A stretch of DNA of 64,000 nucleotides from Octopus vulgaris (taxonomy: Eukaryota): contig OX597820.1 in NCBI GenBank assembly GCA_951406725.2, positions 57,784,001-57,848,000 on the forward strand. The letters run 5' to 3'. Position numbers and translations under genes: made by a program. Below the pieces are notes generated by a model that worked only from the letters and a program-made list of their open reading frames with translations, ran no database searches and was not told the origin of the DNA. Positions 27,928 to 42,575 of this stretch are shown piece after piece; within the stretch, counting starts at the first letter, position 1, and every line of letters starts with the position of its first letter.

Positions 27928-27940
27928 ATATATATGTATG

Positions 27941-27978
<38 letters not shown>

Positions 27979-28335
27979 CATATACACACACACATATATA
28001 TACATATATATATATATGCATGTGCATGTAGATGTTAGGACGTTAAACTAAGCGGATTTTTAATTATTGTAACTCAATGTTGCTAAGATTATTAATGCAA
28101 TAAAATGTGTTTTGAGATTACACACTATGCTTCAAGTATTACAGATTGAAATATATAGCGCTAAGCCTATTAATGAACAAAATGATGAAGTAAAGAACGA
28201 TTAAATAATAAACTTGTGTAAAATATGGTATTAAGAAGAAAGGTAATACAAAAGTAGACCTACGATAAGAACGTTAAATAAATTATAAATCGGAGTAAAT
28301 CATTAAGCATTCATTTCTACTATAGAAACAAGATC

Positions 28336-28464
28336 TACTAGGGGGTGCTGAAAAGGTCCTGGTTTTAAGGTTATCACGAAAGGCCTGGCTGGAGTCCCAG
28401 CCTTCAGAGTGCTTTTATAGGGCTTAGAAAAAATTAAAAGGATCGCTGCAATAAGTGTGCGAAT
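28336..28464. mobile_element. mariner-derived MITE, left part only
   Basis: Homologous to 24566-24690. Confidence 0.75.
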
Positions 28465-29492
28465 CGACACCAGTATTCAACTGGTCCTTATTTCATCAAC
28501 CCCCAAAAGATGTGTAGTAATAAGACAATACGTAGAAAGGTCACCATTGGGGGTCAATAATTTAGTGGGCTTGTTGTCACCAATTTAAAGGGTACCACTA
28601 TAACGTGCATGACGTAAGTGTAAAAATGGCCTGAACTCTTTGTATGACCACCCTCCCTGTACAGAACTCCCTGTCCCCCTACATGGCCTTGCTTTTGCTT
28701 TTTGAGCCAATAAAAATTGAATTGAATTGAATTGAATAGATATCAGAAGGTATGTTGTAAATAAAATATAGTGATTTATTCCTTAATTGTAATTCACACA
28801 GTTGCAGTAAAGGTAAGCTGGTCGCAGAAAGGTTAGCGTTGATGTGTTATTCAAAGCTGTAGAATAACGAGCGAAGACAAATGTATGTGCAATAGAAAAT
28901 CCAACGAGTGTGTATATAAGAAAAATCTCTGCATGTCGTTATGTGTGACTGATATCCACTGGACAGCTAGATAAGAGCGTGTTAACATGTCAGATTCGAA
29001 GCAGAAACTCTTAAGAATCCATAGTGTGTCGAGCTAGACGAGCCAGAAGCTCGTCCACAGGTTAGTGCCCCGCTCGCGGGAGCAATTGCGCCCGCGAACC
29101 CATTTTATAGTGCCCGCAGGATGATGTGCTCATATGTACAAAATATAGTAAATTTTTCATTCATAAAATTTAAACTATATTCTTATACCTATTTGCGATA
29201 AAGGTCGCGTTTACATTACGACTTAAAGCGGTCAGAAATCGTCCGGTAATTACCAGTTGAATGGAAATTTTGTTTTCACGAGAAAACACTTATTGCTAGG
29301 TTTGTATCACGCGCTTGAGATCCAACTACACTTTAGCTGGAAATATATAGAATACCTCATAATTAATATAAACGTCCCAAATTCAGTGTACGCGTTAATT
29401 TAATGTGTTAAACTTATCTTTATTAATATATATCAAATTATATATAGATATATACAAGATTTACACAGATATAAGATCTAGAACTCGTGGGT

Positions 29493-29853
29493 GGTGCAGG
29501 AGTGGTTGTGTGGTAAGCACCTTGCTTACCAACCACATGGTTCCGGGTTCAGCCTTGTGAGTGGATATGGTAGACGGAAACTGAAAGAAGCCCGTCGTAT
29601 ATATGTATATATATACATATGTATGTGCGTGTATATGTTTGTGTATCTGTGTTCGTCCCCACAACATCGCTTGACAACCGATGCTGGTGTCTTTACGTCC
29701 CCGTAACTTAGCGGTTCGGCAAGAGAAACCGATAGAATAAGTACTAGGTTTACAAAGAATAAGTCCTGGGGGCGATTTACTCGACTAAAGGCGGTGCTCC
29801 AACATGGCCGCAGTCAAATGACTGAAACAAGTAAAAGAGTAAGGAGTAAAAAG
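29493..29853 (+). mobile_element. SINE family A with 23-bp TSD and internal deletion
   Basis: AGATATAAGA(T/G)CTAGAACTCGTG at 29467-29489 and 29854-29876; the CORE-like block is missing. Confidence 0.9.
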
Positions 29854-30050
29854 AGATATAAGAGCTAGAACTCGTGATCCACCCGCGGACATTTTCCTTA
29901 CGAAATTTTTGCCCGCCGCGCTAAATCGATCAAATTCTAATTTCTTGTGTAATAATTTCGTGAAGCCCAGGTGTATGTTCATGACTTTGTCAATTTAAAC
30001 TAATAATTTGGTGTTAAATAGAAAAAGAAGGTCCAGAAGATGATCTAGAT

Positions 30051-30373
30051 CAACGGTTCTCAACCGGGGTCTAATATAAGATTTTTGAGGTCCACACAAC
30101 ACAATAGTACATTAGGGATCCACGATAACAGTTTAAGCGCCTCTGAAAAAAACTTGCTTTAGATGTATGTATTGGTATATATTGCAAGAAACAGCTAGGG
30201 TTCTTTCTTTTACATTTTACATAGTTCAAAGTTAATGTGTGAAAAACAAAATAGGAAGTTTGAAATAAGAATCTATAAAACTGGTTTTTAGACATCGAAT
30301 GGCTATGAAGGGTCCACCAGAATAAAGCTGTAATCAAAGCGGTCCATAGAAAGAAAGTGGTTGAGAACCCCTG
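30051..30373. mobile_element. hAT (Charlie-like) MITE
   Basis: TIR CAACGGTTCTCAACC / GGTTGAGAACCCCTG; 8-bp TSD ATCTAGAT/ATCTGGAT. Confidence 0.88.
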
Positions 30374-30852
30374 ATCTGGATAAGTACTCACCAAAGTGAG
30401 TGACAACACCACGTTGAAGGTGGTTGACATCTCTATGTGGATACAAAGGACAAAGGGGATGGTAGGGGTAATAAGTACCTCTGCTCAGTTATTCTTTTTT
30501 TTTTCGTCTTCTATTTAAATATTAACTTAAATATTTAGATGTAATATTAGGATAAACTGCTTGTTAGTCACAGCTACTATCCTGACACTAACCTGAGACA
30601 TGAACTAATGTTTGGGTCAGTAATTAAGTTCAAGCAGTGAGGTGTCAAATATACACTTTTAGTAAAGTGGTGCTGAGTGGTAGGTAGTCACTTGCGCCAA
30701 ATTAGTGTCCGGAGCTATTCTGATACTTCGTATAGGAACATAAAAATGGGAAAGAGTAGCACTGAATCGTTAAACGAGGGCGTTGAAAAATTGTTAGTGA
30801 AAGAAAAGGGGTGTTAGTTAAAGTATGTTTAAGAAGTGCTGATTTAGGTTTC

Positions 30853-31937
30853 AACATGTTACGCAAGGCACTGTTTTGGGACCACTACTGTTCGTAATGG
30901 CCCTCTTAGACATGCCCTCAGCCACACAGAGATCCACGATCACAAGTTATGCAGATGATACAAAAGTCTCACAGGTAATATAGAATCCTGAAGACACTAT
31001 GCACCTGCAATGTGAGCTGGATCAAATATACAAGTGGGCTGAAAAGAATAGTATGCAGTTTAATGCTGAAGAGTTTCAAGCCATGTGCTATCAACATGCA
31101 AAACTAAATGCAAAACCCATTAAATACACTGGACCTGGAGGGATTGTAATCCCAGAGGCACAGTCAGTGCGAGACCTGGGCATTTACATGAGTAATGATG
31201 CATCCTTTCATGTGCATGTTGCTAAATTGGCAATGAAATGTAGGCGGTTGACCGGATGGATTCTTAGAACCTTTAGAATAAGAGACCAGGAAACCATGAT
31301 GGTCCTCTGGAGGACACTTGTCCTAAGCCACTTTGACCATTGCTCTCAGCTATGGTCACCAACTAGTGTTAAAATAATCTCAGAACTTGAGGCAATCCAA
31401 CGAAGCTACACGAAGAAAATAGCCTCTGTGCAGCATATAAGCTATTGGGAAAGACTCAAGAGATTAAGACTCTATTCCTTAGAGCGTAGGCGAGAAAGAT
31501 ATGCCATAACATAAATCTGGAAGATCCTGGAAGGACTTGTCCCAAACTTTGGCATCGAGAGTTACACAAATACTAGAACTGGGTGCCACTGCATAGTGCC
31601 AAGGACTCCAAATTTGCCATCAAGATGTAGGACAAGATATTGCAATAGCTTGGGCTTCAGAGGTCCACAGCTCTTCAATATCCTACCGAAGGACCTGAGA
31701 GATCTGCATGAGGTGGATGTAGGTGTCTTCAAAATAAAGCTGGACCTCTTCCTGTCAAGTGTTCCAGATGAACCAACTTCGCGGCAGGAGGTGCAGATGA
31801 GGGCACCTGCATCGAACTCTCTCATGCACCAAATGTCAATTCCTAAAAAGCATTCGTGAAGTAAAATTATGTAGCAACACCAAATAGCGGTGTCCCAGCA
31901 TGGCCACAGCTCGTGAGCTGAAACTAGATAAAATAAA
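30853..31937 (+). mobile_element. CR1-clade LINE, 5'-truncated (RT C-half plus 3' UTR)
   Basis: QGTVLGPLLF, SYADDTK, W...N.MQFN, RDLGI, CSQLWSP, LEAIQR..TK, YWERLK.L.LYSLERRR; in-frame stops. Confidence 0.93.
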
Positions 31938-33905
31938 GAAAATGTGTATTTTACGTTTTGTGGCTGTCTTTATAGCTTTTGATAAATTCATTTGGACAAA
32001 CAGTTTGATAAGTGAATTCTCATGGGACTGTCGTCGAAGTGCGTTGCATGATGTAATAATTGTAACACACAATATGACCTTTGTAATCTGGTCATGTTAT
32101 TAATGCTGCTAAATACTTTATATAGCACTTTATTGCTTGTTTCATGGTTTATTGTAAATAGAAATATTTTCCAGTTTTATGTTTTTCTTTCGTGTATTTA
32201 CTTTTATTTCGTGTCTAGTAGTTTCTGTAGAGTTTTGTTTCTGTTGCTTTATGTCAATGCGTTATCTTTAATGTTGTCGATGCCTTTTTATGCATTGCTA
32301 TTTCAGTTGTGCAATTTGGATTATACTTTTGTTCATATTTCCTTATGAGATGTCTTTATAGGAAGATTCTGCAGTTTTATTTTTTAGATGTACAATTTGC
32401 GCTTTCTGTGTAAATGCTGGAGTGTTGTTGATCTTCGAAAAATATAATCTGGTTCTGGATCTATGTGGTTCAACTGGGATTCTCTTACTTTTATGAGCAC
32501 AGTTTTGCTTCGTTCATCGGTGTGTAAACATGTGTGAACATATTGTCATGATGACAGTCAAGTGATGAGAGCGAAGATGAGAGACTGAGTAGAGTATGGT
32601 GACTACGAATGAGAAGAGAAAATTATGCGTGGCAGGAAGTTATTGTTCCTTTGGTAAAGCATACAAGTGAGTCGATATGAGATGCTTGAAATATAAAGTC
32701 GGTTTAACTCTGATGTCATTGTGTCTCCGCTTGTGTTATCTGCATTATATTCATATCAGAACGTATAGTAATACGTGGTGGGATTTAACGTATTGCATCT
32801 CAGTATGTAACCCGAAAAGTTGCTTTATTATTCAATCCGTGCTAATGCATGTTTGGGCCTTATTTAATCGATTTCCAACGAAAGAAAGACACTATTTATT
32901 AGGGAAAATAGTTAATACAAAAAACGATGAATACTGGATTAAATGCATAATAGTATTCAGTTCAATTTCTTTACGTTTTATGCGTAAGCCCTGCTGCGGC
33001 CTGTTTTGTCTTTCAGTCAATAAAATGTTACTGATGATTTACAAGAGTGGATTTAATAAACTACAGTCTACACCAACAACAGAAAACGCGCCAATATGGA
33101 GCGCCTATAAAGGTTACAACCATGGCTTTTTCCCCATGACGTTTATTTAAAACAAATTGTATGGCTTTGTGCCAATGTTAAAATATCATTATGAAATGTA
33201 ACGTATAAAATACAATAAACTATAAACATTCCACTTTCCAATATTTAGCCTGCATCATGTTTTATGAAGCTGGTTGTATAACGTAAAAGTATTGAGGAAA
33301 TACATTCTCTGAACCGAGTCCTTATGTCGCTGATGATTGCGTTTATAATTAAGTGGAGGTCATCTCTGGGCCGAGGGCGATGAATTTAAGTAACAGCGAG
33401 ATATTGGAATCTGTTCAGCAAATATATAATGCAAATATGAAAAAATATAAAAAAAAAGTTACGCGTATATTGGTATATTTGTGCCTGTATGCAAGACACA
33501 TAATGCATAATAAATTCGTGCAAAGCTGTGTAGATGCATACAAAAAACAACAACGACAACAGCAAAACAAAAATAAATACAAATACATAGAGTGGCCTAT
33601 GAACTGCATAATATAGAGAAAATGAAGAATAAATAAATCTTAGTCTCTCTGTTTTTGCATGCATACACACACATACATATATATATATACATCGTAGCTA
33701 TACACTCATATACAAGTTATACACACACACACACGCACATGTATCTATGTATGCATATCGTTTTAGTATAAATTATTATCAATAACAATAAGTTATGCCA
33801 GCAGTAAGTAGCTTCCACTGTATATAATACGTATATGTATGTATATATCTATGTATGCATATATATATATATATGTATGTGTGTGTATGTATGTATGTAT
33901 GCATG

Positions 33906-33943
<38 letters not shown>

Positions 33944-33961
33944 CATGCATACATACACACA

Positions 33962-34007
<46 letters not shown>

Positions 34008-34215
34008 TATATACATATATATATAAATATATATATATATATACATATATATATACATCTCATATCGACTCACTTATATGCTTTACCAAAGGAACATTAA
34101 CTTCATGCCACGCATAATTTTCTCTTCTCATCCGTAGTCACCATATGCTACAGTCTCTCATCTTCACTCTAATCACTTGGCTATCATTATGACAACGTGT
34201 TTACACGTTTACACG

Positions 34216-34274
<59 letters not shown>

Positions 34275-34308
34275 ACACATATATACACACAGATACATAT
34301 ATTCACAC

Positions 34309-34352
<44 letters not shown>

Positions 34353-34709
34353 ACACACACACACACACACACACAGTTATATATACTTATGATATGTCAT
34401 GTTAAGAACGTAATGGAGTTCAGTATAAAGCTCGCCCACCTTCAGATTTCACCCTGAGCTAACCAGTAGTAGTATTATACGTTATTCTAGGTTTGCGTCT
34501 GGGCTTATGTCGTCTGGAGAAGTTCTGGAGAACTACATTGTGTAGAAACAATTGTAGTGATTGAAAATAAATGTCCGATCATACTCCTTGTTGACTTCAC
34601 ATTTTTAAAATTATATATATAGAAATATATATATAGTGATTATAGAATAATTCTCCACCCATACTCCTTCTTGTTGACTCCAATTTTTTCAATTATATAT
34701 ATATATTAT

Positions 34710-34940
34710 TGATAGAAATGGCAAGACAACAAAAGAATGAAAGAGACCTCGATATTATACAAATGGAGGAATTTATCTGTAAATATAATGTGTGACAATT
34801 ATTCGGTAGCCATGATAGAACTCCGAGTTTCGGATGCCGGGGCAGAAACTCACGCCGGCATCTCTTCAGTTATCCGGCCATCGAAAAAAATACTATGAAA
34901 ATGACGTTAAAACGAAGGGAAATTACTGTGTGATTGACCG

Positions 34941-34942
<2 letters not shown>
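34710..34942 (-). mobile_element. Hammerhead-bearing short element between (TA)n tracts
   Basis: Closely matches 62105-62336; bounded by TA repeats on both sides. Confidence 0.8.
34807..34880 (-). ncRNA. Type I hammerhead ribozyme motif
   Basis: GATAA-CTGAAGA-GATGCCGG..CCGGCATC-C-GAAA-CTCGGAG-TT-CTATC; 8-bp helix II; one mismatch in helix I. Confidence 0.65.
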
Positions 34943-35000
<58 letters not shown>

Positions 35001-35503
35001 CTATAAACGACTGAAGCAGATTTTGTAAGGAATATTGATTTGCATGCAACGTGGACGTGTTGCTTTAAACGCTGTTGGCTGTGGTAACCATTCGACAAAA
35101 TAATCTCGTGTAGACCGTTAAAGGCTAAATAAGTACTGATTACATCGCGGCAGACGGGACTGTTGCATCACATGATTTATGTGTGATATACGTTTCCTCA
35201 ACACGCTTCCACCGATTGGCGTTCAAAATAAAACGTCGAAGTTAAGTTGAATGTGGCAATTCATATTCATTACAAAGGCTGGTTCCGTCGCTAAAGCTAA
35301 TCTATATAAAGCCCACCATGTTTTTGCGACGCCATCGACTGCTTAGTCAGTGTTGAACTATAAGCGTTTGATGAATTTTCGTTCTGGAATTCGGTGGTAG
35401 GGTTCCTGTTACTGCTGAAGCTCAAATTATGCTGAAATCATGTGATGCCACAGTCCCATCAGTTGGTGCTGACGAAATTTCGTCTGCTGATATAATTGTG
35501 CTG

Positions 35504-35541
<38 letters not shown>

Positions 35542-35578
35542 GGAGAGAGAGAGAGACACACACACAGAGAGACAGAGA

Positions 35579-35790
35579 TTCTTTTAATCTTTTACTTGTT
35601 TCATTCATTTGACTATGGCCATGCTGGAGCACCGCCTTTAGTCGAACAAATCGACCCTAGGACTTATTCTTTGTAAGCCTAGTACTTAATTCTATCGGTC
35701 TGGTATGTTTACGGGGACGTAAACACACCAGCATCGGTTGTCAAGCGATGTTGGGGGTCAAACACAGACACACAAACACACACATACATA

Positions 35791-35830
<40 letters not shown>
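35579..35830 (-). mobile_element. SINE family A, 3' half
   Basis: Tail and body match up to the internal microsatellite. Confidence 0.85.
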
Positions 35831-35842
<12 letters not shown>

Positions 35843-36443
35843 CACATGTTTTATCTTTTATATATTCCTTAGACACTTATACGCTCAATATAACTCTCAG
35901 ATGGAATAACAGGCCGAGATTTTCATTTACAAGTAAAATCGGCCCTATAGTATTATTTACAATGTCCGCCTACCCAGTTTAATTCACAAAGCTTGAGTCA
36001 ATGTGATGCTTCAGAACATGCCATTTGACCAACGAACCATGAAATAGGACCGAAACCGCGATCTCGTGTTTGCAAAGTATTCTTCTTAACCCTCCAGCCA
36101 CCAAGCGTCTACGTTCATCAATACATGCATACATACATGCATACATACATACATGCATACATACATACATACATACGTAAAAACGTACAGACACATACAG
36201 ACACACACTCATACACACATACACACACATACACGCACACACACACACACATACACGCACACACACACACGGGATAATTGTCTCCGTGTGTATTGATTTT
36301 GTCTGTGCAATATGTGGTTTTTATCGCTTTGTGAACCAATCGAATCATCAAAATTGCAAGTATACTTTTGTATTTGTCAGAATTTGTGCGTTTGTGTTGT
36401 GTGTGTGAGTACGTAAATGCTTGTGGTATGAGTTTGTATGTGT

Positions 36444-36484
<41 letters not shown>

Positions 36485-36767
36485 TCAGTGCTTGTGTGCG
36501 TGTGTGTGTGTGTGAGTTTGTATGTGTGTGCGTGTTTGTGTTTGTGTTTGTGTGTGTGTGTGTGTATGTGTACGTTGTGTGTGTGTTTGTGTGTGTGTGG
36601 GTGTGTGTTACAGCAGATCCTTGCCTACTCTCAAATCTCACATACACGAATAAAAAAAAGAATAAAATGAAGAAAAAAAGCCTGCAGACAATTTGCTGCT
36701 GCTACTACTACTACTACTTCTACTACTACTACTACTACTACTATTACTACTACTACTACTACTAATA

Positions 36768-36805
<38 letters not shown>

Positions 36806-36936
36806 AATAATAATGAGGAGGAAGTCTTTCGTCATGTACATATGAGATGACCTACTGACAACAGGTGAACACTTGCTTATGGGGCAAACGGGAAGTTAAT
36901 AAGATGTTGCGTATAAATAAATGAACACACTCACAC

Positions 36937-36975
<39 letters not shown>

Positions 36976-37297
36976 GACTCCCACATAAACACACACACAC
37001 ACACAAATACACTCATACACAAATGACTGACTAACTGAATGAATGAATGAATGAATGAATGAATGAAAGAGGTCTTTGTCCCCCTTTGCTAACAATACAT
37101 AATGATTGCTTGTGAAATAAGGGAGAATAATAAAAAGAAGTGTAATAAAAAAAAAGAGAAATAAAAAGAAAAAAAAAAGTGCTTCGGTTTGCAGCCCTTG
37201 AAATAATTAAGTCCATTAACAAATTACAGAGTCACCTCAGGCTAAAACACAATACTCGGCTCGTTGAATATTTGAATACAAGACGCACGCATACACA

Positions 37298-37373
<76 letters not shown>

Positions 37374-37510
37374 CTCTCTCTCTCTCTCCCTCTTTCTTTC
37401 TCATGCACTAACACATACACACGCATATATATATATATAAACGCACTCTCGCTGAATAATTGTCTCTTATGTATATATATATATTTTTTTACATATACAT
37501 TTATGTATGC

Positions 37511-37572
<62 letters not shown>

Positions 37573-37591
37573 CAGTCACTTGTGTGGTGTA

Positions 37592-37631
<40 letters not shown>

Positions 37632-38964
37632 CACACATAAACACATAATTTTCACTACTACCACACATACGCGCGTGCGCACCGATGTATTTTACTTTTC
37701 TTTGGCCACAATACTTCTACATTATTCTTTTTGCTCTTATCTCATCTAATTTACTTTTTTCTAATTTCTTTTCTTTTTATTTAATATATACATACGTTTG
37801 TTTGTTTGCTTCTTTGTTTGGTTTGTTTATCTATTCATTCGTTCATTTATCTATTCACCTTCAATGAACTTTGAATGAGTTATGTGTTGAATGGTACAAC
37901 TTTTCCGCTTCTCCCCGGTTTTGTTTTCCTCTTATTATTTATTATTAAAGTAAAATAAAATTATCACTCATAACTATCGTTTCTACTCTAGACATAAACC
38001 CTGAAATATTGAGAGGAGGGGATCAATCGATATCATTGATCGTACAATTTGACTGGTGCTATATTTTATCGAAATGAAAAGAAAAGTTGTCCCCGGTAGG
38101 ATCTCGACTACGAAGATAAAAACCAAAACAAAAGTAAGGCATCGACTTAGCACCAGTCAGAATCGACTTTGTTAAAGCATTATCAAATGAAATTTTCTTT
38201 ATGGATCATGCAAAAAACCCCCAAAAAAACCCAGAATAAATGTCCATAGAATACCTTCTCTTCCAACTCGGGGGTGACCCAAAAAGTTCGTTTTAAAGTC
38301 TTAAAATTATATATACACACATTACATTTTTATGATGGCTACCCGTGTCACCTTGTCCTAAAATCAAAACATAATTTGATGTACAAGAGGAATAAAATTA
38401 ACTGTTCAGTGAACAATTAAAAGAAGAAAGTGCTCCAAATACTCAAAGATGTAGTTTAGAAGACAGCGACAATAATAGCAACAACAATAGCCGTAGCGAC
38501 GCTTAGGTGATTTAAAATGTTGCAATCCGTTCATACAATATTTATGCTAAGGTAAATTCTCTCTTAGTACAAACTGAACAAACAGAATTTGTAGACCTAT
38601 CAGTGTTGTCAAAAAGAAGAAGTACGTAGGAGAATTTACTTGAACCGAATGGTGTTTCATCGCCACAGGAACTAATGTAGAGAAGGTCTACGACAAAAAT
38701 TATACATCTCTGCTTATGAAAAGACGCAAGCAGATTGAATGTTCACTCACGTCAAGTAGAACTTGTTCTCCAAGGCATTTCAAGAAACATTTTCTCAGTT
38801 GAAAAAAAATAAAACATATGGTATTATCTGCTGAACCTTTACAACAATACTCAGCCAAAACACTTGCTGAAATTGTCAGACATACTTTTGACTGTACATT
38901 TATACCCTTGTACATGGGTCAAAGAAACATGAACGTGACAATAAGAAACGTCAAAAACATGACA

Positions 38965-39185
38965 TACGAGGAGGTGTTAAAAAGTTCCTGGCTTTAAGAG
39001 TATTGCGAAACGCCTGTTTGGAGACCCAAAATTCCGAGTTCTTTTACAGGGCTTAGAAAAGCTGAAGGACCACTGCAATAAGTGTGTGATTCTGAGAAGG
39101 AAATATGTTGAATAGAATTATATTCAATTGATCTTCCTGAAATTTCTTTTATTCAAAACCAGGAACTTTTCAGCATCTCCCTGTA
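38965..39185. mobile_element. mariner-derived MITE
   Basis: Same TIRs and length as 24566-24786. Confidence 0.85.
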
Positions 39186-39516
39186 GATCATTGGATAGTA
39201 GTGAATTTAGTATCGCGTTATGAGAGAATGCTGAAAACACGCTTAACCCTACTTTGGCCATTCTGGAGAGTGGATGTTGAAATGCATTTGCAACTTTTAA
39301 TAACACCCGATGACCATAGAGCTGTACCAGAATTGTACCCTGTAGAAAGCGCTGAAACAAAAGGCACGGGATTGATAATACAGCGTGCAAAGCCTAGTTG
39401 GTACATTTGCTGGAGAAAAATAATCTTAGAGCTGACTGCCCAGAAGAACTGAACAGCAACTGCAGAAAGAACAACAAATCTGCTTCCTGATTACCACTAG
39501 CTGAAGCCCGTCCTAT

Positions 39517-39853
39517 ATTCTTTTACTCTTTTACTTGTTTCAGTCATTTGACTGAGGCCATGATGGAACACCGCCTTTTATCGAGCATATCGACCCCAGG
39601 ACTTATTCTTTGTAAGCCTAGTACTTATTCTATTGGTCTCTTTTGCGGAACCGCTAAGTTACGGGGATGTAAACACACCGGCATCGGTTGTCAAGCGATG
39701 TTGGGGGGGGGACAAACAGACACACAAACATATACACACACATACACATACATAAATGTATTCTATATCTATATATATATATATATACGACGGGCTTCTT
39801 TCAGTTTCCGTCTACCAAATCCACTCACAGGGCTTTGGTCGGCCTGAGGCTAC
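39517..39853 (-). mobile_element. SINE family A, 5'-truncated
   Basis: Body and tail match. Confidence 0.88.
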
Positions 39854-40266
39854 AGTTGCGTACTGGGGTCAATCTAATCTACTGGCCCCATCTCCAAATA
39901 TGTCGGGTCTTCTGCCTAGAGTAGGAAAGAATACACAAAACTCCACACGTTTTCTTTTTTTTTTTTCGTGGGACTCGTATATGTTATATCTCATCCATGT
40001 CTTGTATTTAATAAAGAAGGATCGTTAGCAGTATTTCTTCCAGCTCTTTAACGTTTTGAGTTCAAATCCCATCAATATCAACTTTGCTTTTCATCCTTCG
40101 TGGTTCGATAAAACAAAGTCGACTACATCGACCGAAGTCCCAGTCAAATATTTCTGTCGATGTAATCGACTCACCCCTAACCCCAGATACTTGGTGTTTT
40201 ATCAAAATTGGAAACGATCATCATCCATCCATCATCACCCCACCCATCATAATCCTCATTAACAAC

Positions 40267-40775
<509 letters not shown>

Positions 40776-41146
40776 CGGTAGCGACACCAGGAGAAACAGG
40801 ACAAACTCGAATGGCAGCAGTAACCCATCGTATAATCAACAAACATTATCCTTACCAACACAACGAGGAAGATCATCATCATCACAGCCAAATCTCCACC
40901 AAAATCGCCATCATCATATTATCATCGTCATCATCATCATCGTCATCATCATCGTCATCATCATCATCATCATCATCACCATCATCATCATCGCTTCTAT
41001 CTCCAGCTCAATCACCGCCATATTCACAACAAGAACCACCTCGACAAATTAGTTTCATTATGCCAGAAGCAGCATTCCCCATCTTCTCCCGTCCCTGCTT
41101 CTCCCTCATCAGCTTCATCATCGACATCGTAATAATAATAATAATA

Positions 41147-41198
<52 letters not shown>

Positions 41199-41943
41199 GG
41201 ATAATCTTTATCCATAAGGTCATCGGCATGTCGTCACTTAGTCTGCATCGTATTGCGAGAGCCAGAAATTGTGTTTTTTCAATTTTATTTTTTATTTTCG
41301 AAACAAAAGAATGCACAAAGAAAATGAAAAGAAAGAAAATATTAAAAAAACAAAACAAAGAAAAGAGGAAAAGAAAATGGCGTTCGCGGGGGCAGAGGGG
41401 TGAAAAAGATGGGGGGGAAGGGGGGGGAGGAAAATTGTAGACATCATATTATCAATGAACTGAATGATTCAACTCCTCGTAGTAGACAATAGAGTGTCTG
41501 CGACCTCAACAGGTTGTGGGGGTTATGTTATGTGTATAGGAGGGTGATGGGTGACTGCTTGTGAGAAAGAGAGAGATATGTGGTTGATAGATTAGTATAA
41601 GATAGTGGGTAAGTACATGAGAGAGAGAGAGAAAGAGATGAGAGAGAGAGAAAGAGATGAGAGAGGGAGAAATGAAAGAGGAAAAGGAGAAATAAGAGAG
41701 GAGAGGGAGTAATGAGGGGAAAAGAAATGGAAGACAACGAAATTATTTCAACTCTGCAGTTAACAAGCCGGTTGACTTGTATTTGCAATTGCAGTATGTG
41801 TGGGGGTGTATGTGGGGGGTATTAGTATAAGTATTAGTGATGTGTTGCTTATCTTTATTTTATAGTTTCGAGGCGGGACAGTGTCCAACTGGGCTTTCGT
41901 GACACACAGCATATACATATATGCACAGGCACACAAACATATG

Positions 41944-42005
<62 letters not shown>

Positions 42006-42009
42006 CATA

Positions 42010-42205
42010 TGGTGAGAGTTTACGAAAATAACAAAAGACGAAGACAGGTGGTGTACAAAACAAACAGATGTATTAGTATAACGTTCAGGAATAGAAAAAA
42101 GCCTTTTTACGTTTCGGGCCTACGCTCATCTACAGAAAGGGACACAGAAAAAACAAGGAGAGAAAAAAATGTGTGTAGTGGCTAACGATCTATCATGGCG
42201 ACTGA
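42010..42205 (-). mobile_element. PLE-type terminal-repeat element with degenerate minimal hammerhead
   Basis: Minus strand CTTT-CTGTAGA-TGAGCGTAGGCCC-GAAACGT-AAAAAG, then CCTGAACGT..CTAATACA; (TA)n on both sides. Confidence 0.6.
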
Positions 42206-42259
42206 TATATATATATATATATACTTTCAGTTTCCGGCTACCAAATCCACTAGACCACC

Positions 42260-42575
42260 AACTGGCAGAGTCCTTAGCACGTCGGGTAAAATACTTACCG
42301 GCATTTCGCCCGTCCTTCGGTTCTGAGCTTAAATTCCGCCGAGGTTGACTTTGCCTTTCATCCGTTCGGAGTCGATAAAATAAGCACTAGTTTAGCAACA
42401 GGGTTGATATAATCGACTTACCCGCCCCACCTCACCGAACTTGCTGAACTTGTGCCAAAGATTTGAAACCAATATTATAATTATTATCAACGGTGTGGGT
42501 TGGCACAATCGTTAGCACACCGGGCAAAACGCTTTGCGACATTTCGTCCGTCTTTACATTCGGGGTTCAAATTTG
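42260..42575 (+). mobile_element. SINE family B, two old copies
   Basis: CTGGCAGAGTCCTTAGCACG head; body as in other copies. Confidence 0.75.

Noticed and set aside
39336-39346. TACCCTGTAGA, matching the 5' end of miR-10
   Set aside because: The match stops at 11 nt and no precursor hairpin is evident.
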